From NCBI GenBank assembly GCA_038087875.1, contig JAXLNO010000235.1, positions 1-64,000 on the forward strand: 64,000 nt of DNA. The letters run 5' to 3'. The notes under the pieces are model-generated. The model was not told the DNA's origin. It saw only the letters and a program-made list of their open reading frames with translations, and did not search any database. Of the stretch, positions 38,071 through 52,301 are shown one piece after another. The DNA is from Malacoraja senta. Lineage: Eukaryota. A program made the position numbers and the translations under genes. The stretch's first letter is position 1; the number at the start of each line of letters is the position of its first letter.

Positions 38071-38784
38071 CCTTTTCTCACTTAAAACATATTTGCTTCA
38101 GGCGAAGGCTTTATAGAATGCCAAGCTGATTCATTCCAGTAATGGAGATCAAGGTGGCAAAGATCAATCACATGATCCAGGAGCCACCAGTGAGTTAATG
38201 GGGATGAACTCCAGTGAAGGCAACTAAAGCTTGAAATTCTGGCACGGTGATGTTTTCATGCAGTGTCTTGAGATCCCTTTTACTCTGGAAACTGCAGTAT
38301 TTACTGTGATTGTCCCCATTGTGCATCTGATGTGGTCTCCGCATTGGTCTTTGCAGGGTGTTGTCATTCTTTCTTCTTTTGGGGCATTGCCACAGACGTT
38401 CAACCAAGTTGATCATGCCCAGGATACTGCTTCATAAAGAACATACTTTTTTGTGTTTCTTCCAACCATTTTTCTGCTTGGTGAGGGCAGCTGAGATCGG
38501 CGCCGCTGATTGGTCGGATGCCGGCGGCCATCTTTGTGAGGGGTTGATGGCGGCCATCTTGGTGAGGGCATGTGAGGTCGGATGCCGGCCGCCATCTTGT
38601 TAAGGTCCCGCAGTTCAACACGTCATCTTGAGAAGGTACCAAAGGCCCACACACTTGTGTCCATTGTCCCCTCTAAACCTGTCTTGTCCACTCACCTGTC
38701 CAAGGGTCTTAGTTTACAACTTTTCACCCACCAGTGCCCATTTGACTTACTTTGGCTGGGAAAGTACATCTGGGACCCGTAAAC

Positions 38785-41700
38785 GTGGACCAGACGTCCA
38801 CATCTGCGCCAGGTGTATCGAGATGGGGCTCCTAATGGACCGTATTAGGAACCTGGAGCAGCAGCTCGATGACCTCTGTCTGCTCAGGGAGAGCGAGGAA
38901 GTCATTGAGAGGAGTTACAGGGAGGTGGTCACTCCAAGACCACAGGAGGCAGGCAAGTGGATCACGGTTGGGAGAGGCAAGGGGCACAGGCAGGGATTAG
39001 AGAGTACGCCGGTGGCTGTGCACCTTGACAATAAGTACTCCTGTTTGAGCACTGTTCGGGGGGCCAGCCTACCTGGGGGTAGCAACAGCGGCCGGGCCTC
39101 CGGAATAGAGACCGGCCCTGTTGCTCAGAACGGTAAGGAAAAGAAGAGGAGGGCAATACTAATAGGGGACTCTATAGTTAGGGGGTCAGACAGGCGATTC
39201 TGTGGACGCAGTCGGGAGACCCGGATGGTAGTTTGCCTCCCTGGTGCCAGGGTCTGTGATGTGTCTCAACGTGTCCAAGATATCCTGAAAGGGCAGGGAG
39301 AGGAGCCTGAGTTCGTGGTACATATAGGTACCAATGACATAGGTAAAAAAAGAGAAGAGGTCCTGAAAGGAGAATTTAGGGAGTTAGGAGGGGAGTTAAA
39401 GAGAAGGACAGCAAAGGTAACAATCTCGGGTTTACTGCCTGTGCCACGCGACAGTGAGAGTAGGGATGGAGCGAGGTGGAGGATAAATGCGTGGCTGAAG
39501 GACTGGTGCAGAAGGCAGGGATTCAAATTTCTGGATCATTGGGACCTCTTTTGTGGAAGGTTCCACCTGTACAAAAAGGATGGGTTGCACTTGAACCTGA
39601 GGGGGACCGATATCCTGGCGGGGAGATCTGTAAAGGCTACTGGGGAGACTTTAAACTAGAATGGTTGGGGGGAGGGACTCAAATAGAGAATGCTATTAGA
39701 CAGTGTGTGAGGCAGGAGGCAGAGAAGGAAAGCACTCAGACCCAACATGTAGGGGGGGAAGAAGAAAACAATAAACAGACAATAAGAGGTGGTGGGGCTC
39801 TTAAATGGGTGAGCAGAGAAACAGAGGGGTGAAAATGCGGGCGGAAGCAATAGGTAGCAAGGTGAAAAGTAAAAGTGGCAGGCAGACAAATCCAGGGCAA
39901 AAATCAAATAGGGCCACTTTTCAACATAATTGTATGAGGGGTAAGAGCGTTGTAAAAACAAGCCTGAAGGCTTTGTGTCTCAATGCAAGGAGCATTCCTA
40001 ATAAAGTGGATGAGTTGAACGTGCAGATAGCAATTAATGATTATGATATAGTTGGGATAATAATAATAATAGATTTTATTTATATAGCGCACGGAGACAT
40101 GGCTCCAGGGTGACCAAGGCTGGGAGCTGAACATCCAGGGATATTCAATATTCAGGAGGGATAGAGAGAAAGGAAAAGGAGGTGGGGTAGCGTTGCTGGT
40201 TAGAGAGGAGATTAACGCAGTGGAAAGGAAGGACATTAGCTTGGAGGATGTGGAATCGGTATGGGTAGAGCTGCGAAACACTAAGGGGCAGAAAACGCTG
40301 GTGGGTGTTGTGTACAGGCCACCTAGCAGTAGTAGTGAAGTTGGGGATGGCATCAAACAGGAAATTAGAAATGCGTGCAACAAAGGTAAAACAGTTCTAA
40401 TGGGTGACTTCAATCTACATATAGATTGGGTGAATCAAATTGGCAGGGGTGCTGAGGAAGAGGATTTCTTGGAATGTATGAGGGATAGTTATCTAAACCA
40501 ACATGTAGAGGAACCAACGAGAGAGCAGGCTATTCTAGACTGGGTATTGAGTAATGAGGAAGGGTTAGTTAGCAGTCTTGTTGTGCGTGCCACCTTGGGC
40601 AAGAGTGACCATAATATGGTTGAGTTCTTCATTAGGATGGAGAGTGACATTGTTAATTCAGAAACAACGGTTCTGAACTTAAAGAAAGGTAACTTTGAGG
40701 GTATGAGACGTGAATTGGCCAAGATTGACTGGGAATTAGTTCTAAAAGGGTTGACGGTGGAAGGCATTTAAAGACTGCATGGATGAACTACAAAAATTGT
40801 TCATCCCAGTTTGGCAAAAGAATAAATCAGGGAAGGTAGTGCATCCGTGGATAACAAGGGAAATCAGGGATAGTATCAAAGCAAAAGATGATGCGTACAA
40901 ATTAGCCAGAAAAAGCAGCATACCAGAGGACTGGGAGAAATTCAGACACCAGCCGAGGAGGACAAAGGGCTTAATTAGGAAAGGCAAAATAGATTATGAA
41001 AGGAAACTGGCAGGGAACATAAAAACTGACTGCAAAAGTTTTTTATAGATATGTGAAGAGAAAGAGATTAGTTAAAACAAATGTAGGTCCGTTGCAGTCA
41101 GAAACAGGTGAATTGATCATGGGGAACAAGGATATGGCGGACCAATTGAATAACTACTTTGGTTCCGTCTTCACTAAGGAAGACATAAATAATCTGCCGG
41201 AAATAGCAGGGGGCCGCGGGTCAAAGGAGATGCAGGAACTGAGTGAAATCCAGGTTAGTCGGGAAGTGGTGTTGGGTAAATTGAATGGATTAAAGGCCGA
41301 TAAATCACCAGGGCCAGATAGGCTGCATCCCAGGGTACTTAAGGAAGTAGCTCCAGAAATAGTGGATGCATTAGTGATAATTTTTCAAAACTCTTTAGAT
41401 TCTGGAGTAGTTCCTGAGGATTGGAGGGTAGCAAACGTAACCCCACTTTTTAAGAAGGGAGGGAGAGAGAAAACGGGGAATTACAGACCAGTTAGTCTAA
41501 CATCGGTAGTGGGGAAACTGCTAGAGTCAGTTATTAAAGATGGGATAGCAGCACATTTGGAAAGTGGTGAAATCATTGGACAAAGGCAGCATGGATTTAC
41601 GAAAGGTAAATCGTGTCTGTCGAATCTTATAGAATTTTTCGAGGATGTAACGAGTAGAGTGGATAGGGGAGAACCAGTGGATGTGTTGTACCTGGACTTT

Positions 41701-42885
41701 CAGAAGGCTTTCGACAAGGTACCACATAAGAGATTAGGGTACAAACTTAAATCACACGGTATTGGGGGTTCAGTATTGATGTGGATAGAGAACTGGCTGG
41801 CAAACAGGAAGCAAAGAGTAGGAGTAAACGGGTCCTTTTCACAATGGCAGGCAGTGACTAGTTGGGGTACCGCAAGGCTCAGTGCTGGGACCCCAGCTAT
41901 TTACAATTTATATTAATGAACTGGATGAGGGAATTGAAAGCAACATCTCCAACTTTGCGGATGACACTAAGCTGGGGGGGCAGTGTTAGCTGTGAGGAGG
42001 ATGCTAGGAGACTGCAAGGTGACTTGGATAGGCTGGGTGAGTGGGCAAATGTTTGGCAGATGCAGTATAATGTGGATAAATGTGAGGTTATCCACTTTGG
42101 TGGCAAAAACGGGAAGGCAGACTATTATCTAAATGGTGGCCGATTAGGAAATGGGGAGATGCAGCGAGACCTGGGTGTCATGGTACACCAGTCATTGAAA
42201 GTAGGCACGCAGGTGCAGCAGGCAGTGAAGAAAGCGAATGGTATGTTGGCTTTCATAGCAAGAGGATTTGAGTATAGGAGCAGGGAGGTTCTACTGCAGT
42301 TGTGCAGGGTCTTGGTGAGACCACACCTGGAGTATTGCGTACAGTTTTGGTCTCCAAATCTGAGGAAGGACATTATAGCTATAGAGGGAGTGCAGAGAAG
42401 GTTCACCATACTGATTCCTGGGATGTCAGGACTTTCATATGAAAAAGACTGGATAGACTTGGCTTATACTCGCTAGAATTTAGGAGATTGAGAGGGGATC
42501 TTATAGAAACGTACAAAATTCTTATGGGGTTGGACAGGCTAGATGCAGGAAGATTGTTCCCGATGTTGGGGAAGTCCAGGACAAGGGGTCACAGCTTAAG
42601 GATAAGGGGGAAATCCTTTAAGACCGAGATGAGGAAAAACGTTTTCACACAGAGAGTGGTGAATCTCTGGAACTCTCTGCCACAGAGGGTAGTTGAGGCC
42701 AGTTCATTGGCTATATTTAAGAGGGAGTTAGATGTGGCCCTTGTGGCTAAGGTGGTCAGTGGGTATGGAGAGAAGGCAGGTACGGGATACTGAGTTGGAT
42801 GATCAGCCATGATCATATTGAATGGCGGTGCAGGCTCGAAGGGCCGAATGGCCTACTCCTGCACCTATTTACTATGTATCTATGT
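38785..42885 (+). mobile_element. Near full-length CR1 LINE (ORF1 with SGNH esterase-like domain; frameshifted APE-RT ORF2)
   Basis: ORF1 to 39659: CARC, LIGDSIVRG, CLPGARV, HIGTND, DGLHLN. ORF2: LNARS, VYRPP, MGDFN, SDH, YRPVSLTS, DFQKAFDKV, NFADD; 3' tail. Confidence 0.93.
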
Positions 42886-43605
42886 AAACACTCAGCATAG
42901 GAGCACCGCAAGGCTGCGTACTCTCTCCTCTCCTGTACGCTCTCTACACCAATGACTTCACCTCTGTCAGTCAAGCTTCTCAAGTTTGCGGACAACACAA
43001 CCCTGATTGGACTGATCCAGGATGGGGAGAAATCGGCCTACAGACAGCAAGTGTCACAGCTGGCATCCTGGTGCCGTAGCAACAACCTAGAGCTCAATTC
43101 TCTTAAGACAGTGGAATTGATTGTAGACTTTAGGAGAGCTCCCCCTCCCCTCACCCCGCTCACCATCAACAACACCACAGTCACATCTGTGGAATCTTTT
43201 AAGTTCCTGGGAACCATCATCTCCAAGGACCATAAGTGGGGGGCTACCATGGACTCCACAGTCAAACAGGCACAACAGATGATGTACTTCCTGTGGCAGC
43301 TGAGGAAACACAATCTGCCACAGGCAATGATGGTCCAATTCTACACGACCATCGTAGAGTCTGTTCTCACCATCCCCATCATGGTCTGGTTTGGCTCAGT
43401 CACCAAGCACGACACCTGGAGGCTGCAACCTTCCCTCCATTGATGAACTGTACACGGCAAGGGCCAGGAAGCGAGCGGGTAAGATCATCTCTGACCCCTC
43501 TCACCCTGGCCACAAACTATTTCAATCACTACCCTCTGGAAGGCGACTCCGGACTGTCACAGCAGTTTTTTATTCATGAGTAGTTGCTCTACTCAGCAGC
43601 CAAAA
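42886..43605 (+). mobile_element. Rex1/Babar-like LINE RT fragment
   Basis: KLLKFADNTTLIGLI...WCRSNNLELNSLKTVELIVDFRR; HPGHKLFQSLPSGRR. Confidence 0.8.
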
Positions 43606-43750
43606 TTGTTGTAATTGTTATATGGTTATATGGTTATAACAGCGGCGCCTAGCATTTATATATGCCTGACGTAATTGAACTCCGCAATTGAATCTACAAT
43701 GTTGGTACGTTCTTCTTCCTAACTTGTCTAATCTGATGTGCAACTATTTG

Positions 43751-44045
43751 GGCGGCACGGTGGCGCAGCGATTGAGTTGCTGCCTTACAGCGCCAGAGAC
43801 CCGGGATCAATCCTGACCGGGGATGCTGCCTGTACTTTCTCCCTGTGACAGCGTGGGTTTTCTCCGGGTGCTCCGGTTTCCTCCCACACGCCACAGACCT
43901 GCAGGTTTTCAAGGTTAATTGGCTTTGGAAAATTTGTAAATTGCCCCTAGTGCGTAGGGTAGTGCTAGTGTATGCGGTGATCGCTGGTCGGTGCGGTCTC
44001 GGTGGGCCGAAGGGCCTGTTTCCACTCTATATCGCTAAAGTTTAA
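43751..44045 (+). mobile_element. HE1/V-SINE-like SINE
   Basis: A/B boxes, core, GGGCCGAAGGGCCTGTTTCC tail. Confidence 0.8.
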
Positions 44046-44595
44046 ATCAGCTTGTCTTAACTCATCTCATTCCCTTCCCCACCAAACCCTTTGTTAAAGA
44101 TAAAGATTGATAACCTGAGGTTTAAAACATAGAACAGTACAACACAGGAACCTCCCCTTCGGCCCACAATGCCTGTGCTAAACGTGACACCAGTGCCAAC
44201 TCTTATCTGTCTGCACATTATCATTATCCCTCCATTCCCTGCCTATCCAAAAACCTGTTAAATGCCACTGTTGTATCTGCCTCCACCACCCCTGGCAACA
44301 CACTCAAGGTGCACTCTAACCTCTTATAACTTGCTCCACACATCTTTAAACATTGCCCCACTCTCGTTAAAGCTATGCCCTCTAGTATTCCATCTCTATT
44401 CTGGGAAAAAGGGGGGGGGGGCACGGTGGCGCAGCGTTAGAGTTCTTTGCTTACACTGCTTGCAGTGCCAGAGACCCGGGTTCGATCCTGACTAGGGATG
44501 CTGTCAGTACAGATTTGTACATTTTCCCCTTGACCCGCGTGGGTTTTTTTTCCGAGATCTTCAGTTTTTTCCCACAATCCAAAGACATGTAGGTT

Positions 44596-44704
44596 TCAGA
44601 TTCAGAATCAATCTTTATTGTCATTGTGCAATGTACAGTACAGACACAGCGAAATGCAGTTAGCATCTCACCCAGAAGAGCGAACATAGAATAATGGAAC
44701 AGCA

Positions 44705-44792
<88 letters not shown>

Positions 44793-46100
44793 GTACATAC
44801 AATTTTTGTGTAGTGCAATTCTTCTGGGGGAAGGAGTGTCCGGGATGGGTGACTGGCAATTCCCAATGTACAGAATTAAGTTGTGTAACAGCCGCAGGGA
44901 AGAAGCTGTTCCTGAACCTGCTGATCTGGCAACGGAGAGACCTGTAGCGCCTCCCGGATGGGAGGAGGATAAACAGTATGTGGCTGGGGTGAGAGCAGTC
45001 CTTGATGATGCTGCGCGCCCTTCGCAGACAATGCTTGCGTTGGACAGACTCAATGGAGCGGAGTGAGGAACCGGTGATGCGTTGGGCAGTTTTCACCACC
45101 CTCTGCAGTGCTTTCCGGTCGGAGACAGTTGCCATACCAACCTGTGATACAGTTGGTAAGGATGCTCTCGATGGTGCAGCGGTAGATGTTCACCAGAATC
45201 TGAGGAGACAGATGGACCTTCTTTTGTCTCCTCAGGAAGAAGAGAAGCTGGTGAGCCTTCTTAACCAGTGTTGAGGTATTGTGGGTCCAAGAGAGGTCAT
45301 CAGAGCGGTTGACCCCCAGAAACCTGAAGCTGGAAACACGTTCCACCTCCGTCCCGTTAATGTGGATGGGGGTGTGCGTGCCGCCCCTAGACCTTCTGTA
45401 GTATACAATGAGCTCCTTGGTCTTCTTGTAGTTACAGGCCAGGTTGTTGTCAGCGCACCATGCTGCTAGGAGCTGGACCTCCTCCCTATAGGCCGACTCA
45501 TCGTTGTTGCTGATGAGGCCAATCACTGTTGTATCATCTGCATACTTGATGATGGTGTTAGTACCATGTACAGGTGTGCAGTCGTAGGTGAAGAGGGAGT
45601 AGAGGAGGGGGCTCAGCACACAGCCCTGTGGAACGCCGGTGTTCAGGGTGAGGGTTGAAGAGGTGTGGTTGTCTGTGGTTAGAAAGTCCAGTATCCAGTT
45701 GCAGAGGGAGGGGTCGATGCTCAGATCGCTGAGTTTGGTCATCAGTTTTGAGGGGATAATGATGTTAAATGCTGAGATGAGCAGCATTCTCACGTAGGTG
45801 TCTCTGTTGTCGAGGTGGGAGAGGGCGGAGTGAAGTGCGGTTGAGATGGCATCCTCCGTACTCCTGTTCTTGCAGTAGGCGAACTGATAGAGATCCAGTG
45901 TGGGAGGTAGGCAGCCTTTGAGGTGTGCCAGGACCAGCCTCTCGAAGCACTTAGTGATGATGGGAGTAAGTGCAACTGGGCAGAAGTCGTTGAGGCTCGC
46001 CGCAGTGGAGTGTTTTGGCACCGGCACGAGGGAGGTGGTTTTAAGGCACGTGGGGACAACTGCTTGGGCATGTGACAGGTTGAAGATGTCAGTCTAGAGA
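44596..46100 (-). mobile_element. Rex1/Babar-like LINE (5'-truncated) inserted in a SINE
   Basis: [48 protein letters not shown] at 44589-44595 and 46101-46107. Confidence 0.85.
44707..44791. repeat. (AT)n microsatellite
   Basis: Direct reading. Confidence 0.95.
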
Positions 46101-46364
46101 GTAGGTTAATTTGGTATAAATGTAAATTGTCCCTAGTGTGCGTGGGGTAGTTTAATGCACGGGTATCGCTGGTTGACGTGGACGCGGTGGGCTGAAGGGC
46201 CTTATTCTGTGCTGTATCTCTAAACTAAACTTAAAAAAGGTTCTGACTGTCTGGTTAAAGATATGAACACATGGGCTCACTGGTCTGAGGGCTATAGAAA
46301 GAATCTTGCACTTTGCTGACTTTCACAAGCAATGTTAAACTGAGACCAACGAAGTAACGGAAAT

Positions 46365-46660
46365 AGTTTGTTTTAGAGAGATGGCGTGAAAACAGGCCCT
46401 TCCGCCCACCGAGCCCACGCCAACCAACGATCACCTGTACACTAGTCCTATATCCTTCACACTAGGGGCAATTTACAGACGTCAATTAACCTACACACAG
46501 GCACATCTCTAGAATGTGGGAGGAAACCAGAGCACCCGAAGGAAACCCACGCGGGTCACAGGGAGAACGTACAAACTACACGCACACGTAGACAGGATTG
46601 AACCCGGGTCTCTGGCACTGTAAGGCAGCAACTCTTAGTCTATCGCTGCGCCACCATGCC
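46365..46660 (-). mobile_element. HE1/V-SINE-like SINE
   Basis: Full head-core-tail on minus strand. Confidence 0.75.
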
Positions 46661-47089
46661 GATCAATTCACTTGATGCTAAGGAAGTTGTATGTTTGCCC
46701 TCTGCAAACTTCAAAACCCAATGAGATGTTCCTTCTCCATTTGGCACGTCAAGTCCTCTCCGTCATTCAATCATATCTGGATTGGCATGGCTTAGAACAT
46801 CAGAACAACCCTCTGCATCTGCCACTGATTTCTCAGGGACTACAAAGGGAAAATGCACTCCAGTAATCCCTCTGTGTGCTTTATATCTGTCTGTTAAGGT
46901 GTTCAGATTTGTCAAATATTGAATAGCATTCCAACAGTGGAGTCTTTAGGTTTATAGAGTTAAGTGTGAAACTGATAAAGCAGAAGTATTTTCGTGCCAG
47001 GAACAAACTACACACTCTTTGACTATAGACTATTCTCATTTGGCAAATGGCAAAAAATTTTGCTGTTTTTTAGGTATTTTTCCCCAACA

Positions 47090-47365
47090 TGGCAGTGTGG
47101 CTCAGCGGTAGAGTTGCTGCCTCACTGCGCCGGAGACCCAGGTGCTGTCTGTACAGAGTTTGTATGTTCCCCTCGTGACCAGCGTGTGTTTTCTACGGAT
47201 GCTCCGGTTTCCTCCCACACTCCAAAGACGTGCAGGTTTGTAGGTTAATTGGCTTTGGTAAAAAGTCCCCAGTTTGTAGGATAGTGTGGGTGTAGAGGTG
47301 AATACTGGTCGGCGTGGACTCGGTGGGCCAAAGGGCCCGTTGCCACACTGTATCTCGAAATGAAA
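47090..47365 (+). mobile_element. HE1/V-SINE-like SINE
   Basis: TGGCTCAGCGGTAGAG head, core, tail. Confidence 0.75.
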
Positions 47366-47504
47366 ACACTTAAGATTTAGTATTGTTTGTGCTGGAGTAA
47401 CTCAGCGGGTTGAGCAGCATCTCTGGAGAACATGAGTGGGTGACGTTTTGGTTCAGGACCCGTCTTCAGGACCAGACGTCAACGAGTGCTGGACTCACCA
47501 TGAC

Positions 47505-48025
47505 GTAGAAACATAGAAAATAGGTGCAGGAGTAGGCCATTCGGCCCTTCGAGCCAGCACCGCCTTTCAATATGATTTTGGCTGATCATCCAAAATCAAT
47601 ACCCCATTCCTGCTATCTCCCCATATCCCTTGATTCTGTTAGCCCAAAGAGCCACATCCAATACTCACTTGAAAACATCCAGTGAATTGGCCTCCACTGC
47701 CTTCTGTGGCAGAGAATTCTACAGATTTTCTGCGTGAAAATGTTTTCCCTCTTCTGAGTCCTAAATAGCCTAACCCGTTATTCTTAAACTGTGACCCCTG
47801 GTTCTGGACTCCCCGAACATCGGGAACATTGTTCCTGCATCTAGCCTTAAATCCTTTAAGAATGTTATACGTTTTCATAAGAAACCCTCTCATCCTTCTC
47901 ATTTCCAGCGAATTCAAGCCCAGTCTACCCATGCTTTCATCATACGTAAGTCTCGCCACCCCGGATATTGACCTGGTGAACTTACGATGCACTCCCTCAA
48001 TAGTAAGAATGTCCTTCTGCAAATT
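47505..48025 (-). mobile_element. CR1 LINE 3' fragment
   Basis: KDILTIEGVHRKFTR... + tail. Confidence 0.8.
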
Positions 48026-49084
48026 AGGAAAGGTACAGGAGTGTGAAAACGCACACCTCCAGATTCAGGGACAGTTTCGTCCCAGCTGTTACCAGGCAAC
48101 TAAATCATCCTACCACAACCAGAGAGCAGTTCTGAACTACTATCTACCTCATTGGTGACCCTTGGACTATCCTTGCTGGCTTTACCTTGCACTAATTGTT
48201 ATTCCTTTACTATGTATCTATACATTGCAAATGGCTCGATTGTAATCATGCAATGTCTTTCTGCTAACTGTTTTTAACATGCGACAAAAAGCATTTCTCC
48301 GTACACGTGACAATAAACTCAACTGAACTGAGTTCCTTGTATCTAACACTTGAGTCCAGTTGGTTATAACCACAGTGACCTGTGGTCATATGGGGAAGAG
48401 GTTTATTCCCTTCTGGGCCGGCCTTCCATTCATAAGATCGCAAGTTTGTAAACCATCATAATCAGAGGTGACCTCATAATGTGCCTGGCCGGCGACATCA
48501 CAATGAACTGCATCCGTAACCAGGAGAGACGGACGGGCTCCATTCCATCCATCAACTTGAAGTGGGTTCACACTTTGCGAGATATTGAACAGATCAGAGC
48601 TTTAAAATTCACTCTACGTATTTAGAAACAAAGGAACCTGTATCAAAAATGCCGGTGGAGAGTGCCAAGCAGGATGATAAAAGGAGATCTAAGGTAGATT
48701 TGAATCCATTAATAGACCAAGATAAAAGGTGGAGTGACTCAACGACTTTGAGTCCTGAAAAGCACTATATAAATAAAATCTATTATTATTATTATTATTA
48801 TTCCTAAACTGTGACCCCCTGGTTATGGACCCCCTACATTAGGGACGTAGGGCTCTACTGCAACCTCTGAGCTTTTCTTTATGGGAGAGAATCCTATCCA
48901 TTCAGTGACAATCCTGTCTCCAGTCTTCAACACCCCCCCCGCCTCTCCCCCTACCCACCCTTCTACCCTCTCTGGACCTTTTTATATCCACTGTTGGTGC
49001 AACAACTGCCTTGGCTTCTCTACTCCACTGGCCCACTCAAACCGGAAGGGTCCTGACCTGAAACGACAAATGTTAGGGAGCATG

Positions 49085-50738
49085 GCGAGAACATCTCTGG
49101 AGAAGGATATTGAATTATGTGAGGTAAGGGAAACAAGTAGAAAAGTTATGGAAACTATGAGATTAAAAGAAGAGGAAGTACTGACACTTAAAAAAATATA
49201 TAAAAGTGGATAAGTCTTGAGGGAAGTTAGTGTAGAAATAGCAGGGGCTATGACAGAAATATTTCAAATGCCATTAGAAACGGGAATAATGCCGGAGGAT
49301 TGGCGTACTGCGCATGTTGTTGCATTGTATTAAAAGGGTTCTAAGAGTAAACCTATCAATTATAGACCTGTTAGTTTGATGTCAGTGGTGGGCAAATTAA
49401 TGGAAAGGATACTTAGAGATAATATATATAAGCATTTGGATCAACAGGATCTGATTAGGAACAGTCAACATGGATTTGTGCCTGGAAGGTCATGTTTGAC
49501 TAATCTTGAATTTTTTGAAAAGGTTACTGGGGAAATTGATGAGGGTAAAGCAGTGGTTGTTGTCTATATGGACTTCAGTAAGGCCTTTGACAAGGTTCCT
49601 CATGGAGGGTTGGTTAAGAAAGTTCAATTGTTGGGTATTAATGGTGGAGTAGCAAGATGGATTCAACAGTGGCTGAATGGGAGATGCCAGAGAGTAATGG
49701 TGGATGGCTGTTTGTCAGGTTGGAGGCCGGTGACTAGTGGGGTGCCTCAGGGATCTGTGTTGGGTCCACTGTTGATTGTCATGTACATTAATGATCTGGA
49801 TGGTGGTGTGGTAAATTGGATTAGTAAGTATGCAGATGATATTAAGATAGGTGGTGTTGTGGATAATGAAGTAGATTTTCAAAGTCTACAGAGATATTTA
49901 GGCCATTTGGAAGAGTCGGCTGAAAGATAGCAGATGGAGTTTAATGCAGATAAGTGTGAGGTGCTACATCTTGGCAGGACAAATCAAAATAGGACGTACA
50001 TGGTAAATGGTAGCGAATTGAGCAATGCAGTTGAACAGAGGGATCTAGGAATAACTGTACATAGTTCCCTGAAGGTGGAATCTCGTGTAAATAGGGTGGT
50101 AAAGAAAGCTTTTGGTGTGCTGGCCTTCATAAATCAGAGCATTGAGTATAGAAGCTGGAATGTAATGTTAAAATTGTACAAGGCATTGGTGAGGCCAATT
50201 CTGGAGTACGGTGTACAATTTTGTTCGGCTAATGATAGGCAGGATGTCAACAAAATAGAGGGAGTACAGAGGAGGTTTACTAGAATGTTGCCTGAGTTTC
50301 AGCTACTAAGTTACAGAGAAAGGTCGAACAAGTTAGGTCTTTATTCTTTGGAACGCAGAACGTTAAGGGGGACTTGATAGAGGTCTTTAAATGATGAGAG
50401 GGATAGACAGAGTTGACGTGGATAAGCTTTTCCCATTGAGAGATGGGAAGATTCAAACAAGAGGACATGACTTGAGAATTAAGGAACAGAAGATTAGGGG
50501 TAACATGAGGGGGAACTCCTTTACTCAGAGAGTGGTAGCTGCGCGGAATGAGCTTCCAGTGGAAGTGGCGGAGGCAGGTTCGATTTTATCATTTAAAAAT
50601 AAATTGGATAGGTATATGGATGGGAAAGGAATGGAGGGTTATGGTCTGAGTGCAGGTAGATGGGACTAGGGGAAAATAAGTGTTCGACAGAAGGGCCGAG
50701 ATGGCGTGTTTCCGTGCTGTAATTGTTATATGGTTATA
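49085..50738 (+). mobile_element. CR1 LINE RT fragment (third family)
   Basis: [40 protein letters not shown]. Confidence 0.88.
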
Positions 50739-50807
50739 ACATGGATAGATGACATCTGTGTAGAACATGGATAGGTGACGTTTCACAGGACAATGAAGCT
50801 AGTTGGA

Positions 50808-51912
50808 GAATGGTGGCCAATTAGGAAAAGGGGAGATGCAACGAGACCTGGGTGTCATGGCACACCAGTCATTGAAAGTAGGAATGCAGGTGCAGCAGGC
50901 AGTGAAGAAAGCAAATGGTATGTTAGCATTCATAGCAAAATGATTTGAGTATAAGAGCTGGGAGGTTCTATTGCAGTTGTACAGGGTCTTAGTGAGACCA
51001 CACCTGGAGTATTGCATACAGTTTTGGTCTCCTAATCTGAGGAAAGACATTCTTGCCATAGAGGGTGTACAGAGAAGGTTCAGCAGACTGATTCGTGGGA
51101 TGGCAGGACTTTCATATGAAGAAAGACTGGATAGACTCGGCTTATACACGCTAGCATTCAGAAGATTAAGGTGGGATCTTATAGAAACGTACAAAATTCT
51201 TAAGGGGTTGGACAGGCTAGATGCAGGAAGATTGTTCCCGATGTTGGGGAAGTCCAGGACAAGGGGTCACAGTTTAAGGATAAGGGGGAAATCCTTTAAG
51301 ACCGAGATGAGGAAAAACTTTTTCACACAGAGAGTGGTGAATCTCTGGAACTTTCTGCCACAGAGGGTAGTTGAGGCCAGTTCATTGGCTATATTTAAGA
51401 GGCAGTTAGATGTGGCCCTTGTGGCTAAGGGGATCAGGGGGTATGGAGAGAAGGCAGGTACGGGATACTGAGTTGGATGATCAGCCATGATCATATTGAA
51501 TGGCGGTGCAGGCTCGAAGGGCCGAATGGCCTACTCCTGCACCTATTTTCTATGTATCTATGACAGGCTAGATGCAGGAAGATTATTCCCGATATTGGGG
51601 AAGTACAGAACTAGGGGGGTCACAGTTTAAGGAATAGAGGGAAGTTTTTTAGGACCGAGATGAGAAAATCATTTTTTACACAGAGAGTGGTGAATCTGTG
51701 GAATTCTCTGCCACAGAAGGTATTTGAGGCCAGTTCATTGGCTATATTTAAGAGGGAGTTAGATGTGGCCCTTGTGGCTAAAGGGATCAGGGGGTATGGA
51801 GAGAAGGCAGGGATGGGATACTGAGTTGGATGATCAGCCATGATCATATCGAATGGCGGTGCAGGCTCGAAAGGCCGAATGGCCTACTCCTGCACCTATT
51901 TTCTATGTTTCT
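50808..51912 (+). mobile_element. Two tandem CR1 3' fragments
   Basis: ORF 50971-51471 + tail to ~51560; second 3' end 51563-51912. Confidence 0.85.
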
Positions 51913-52301
51913 AACTAGGGTTGGGGATGGGTGGAGAGAGAGGGAAGGCAAGGGTTACTTGAAGTTGGAGAAATCAATATTCATATCGCTGAGTTGTAAT
52001 CTGCCTGTCCTGCTGAGTTACTCCAGCATTTTGTGTCTATCTTCAGTGTAAACCTGCATCTGCTGTTCCTGCACATTTTGTCTTGCCCACATTGACCAAG
52101 ATGCCCCATCTACACTAGTTGCTCCTGCCTGCATTTGTTCCATATCTCTCCATACCTATCCTATCCATGTACCTGTCAAGAGTGTTTTATTGTCATATGT
52201 CACAAACTGAACTATTAAATGTTGACTTACGATAGGATAGAACTTTATTTATCCAAGGAGGGAAATTGTTCTGCCAACAGTCATACAATACAAGATAAAG
52301 A

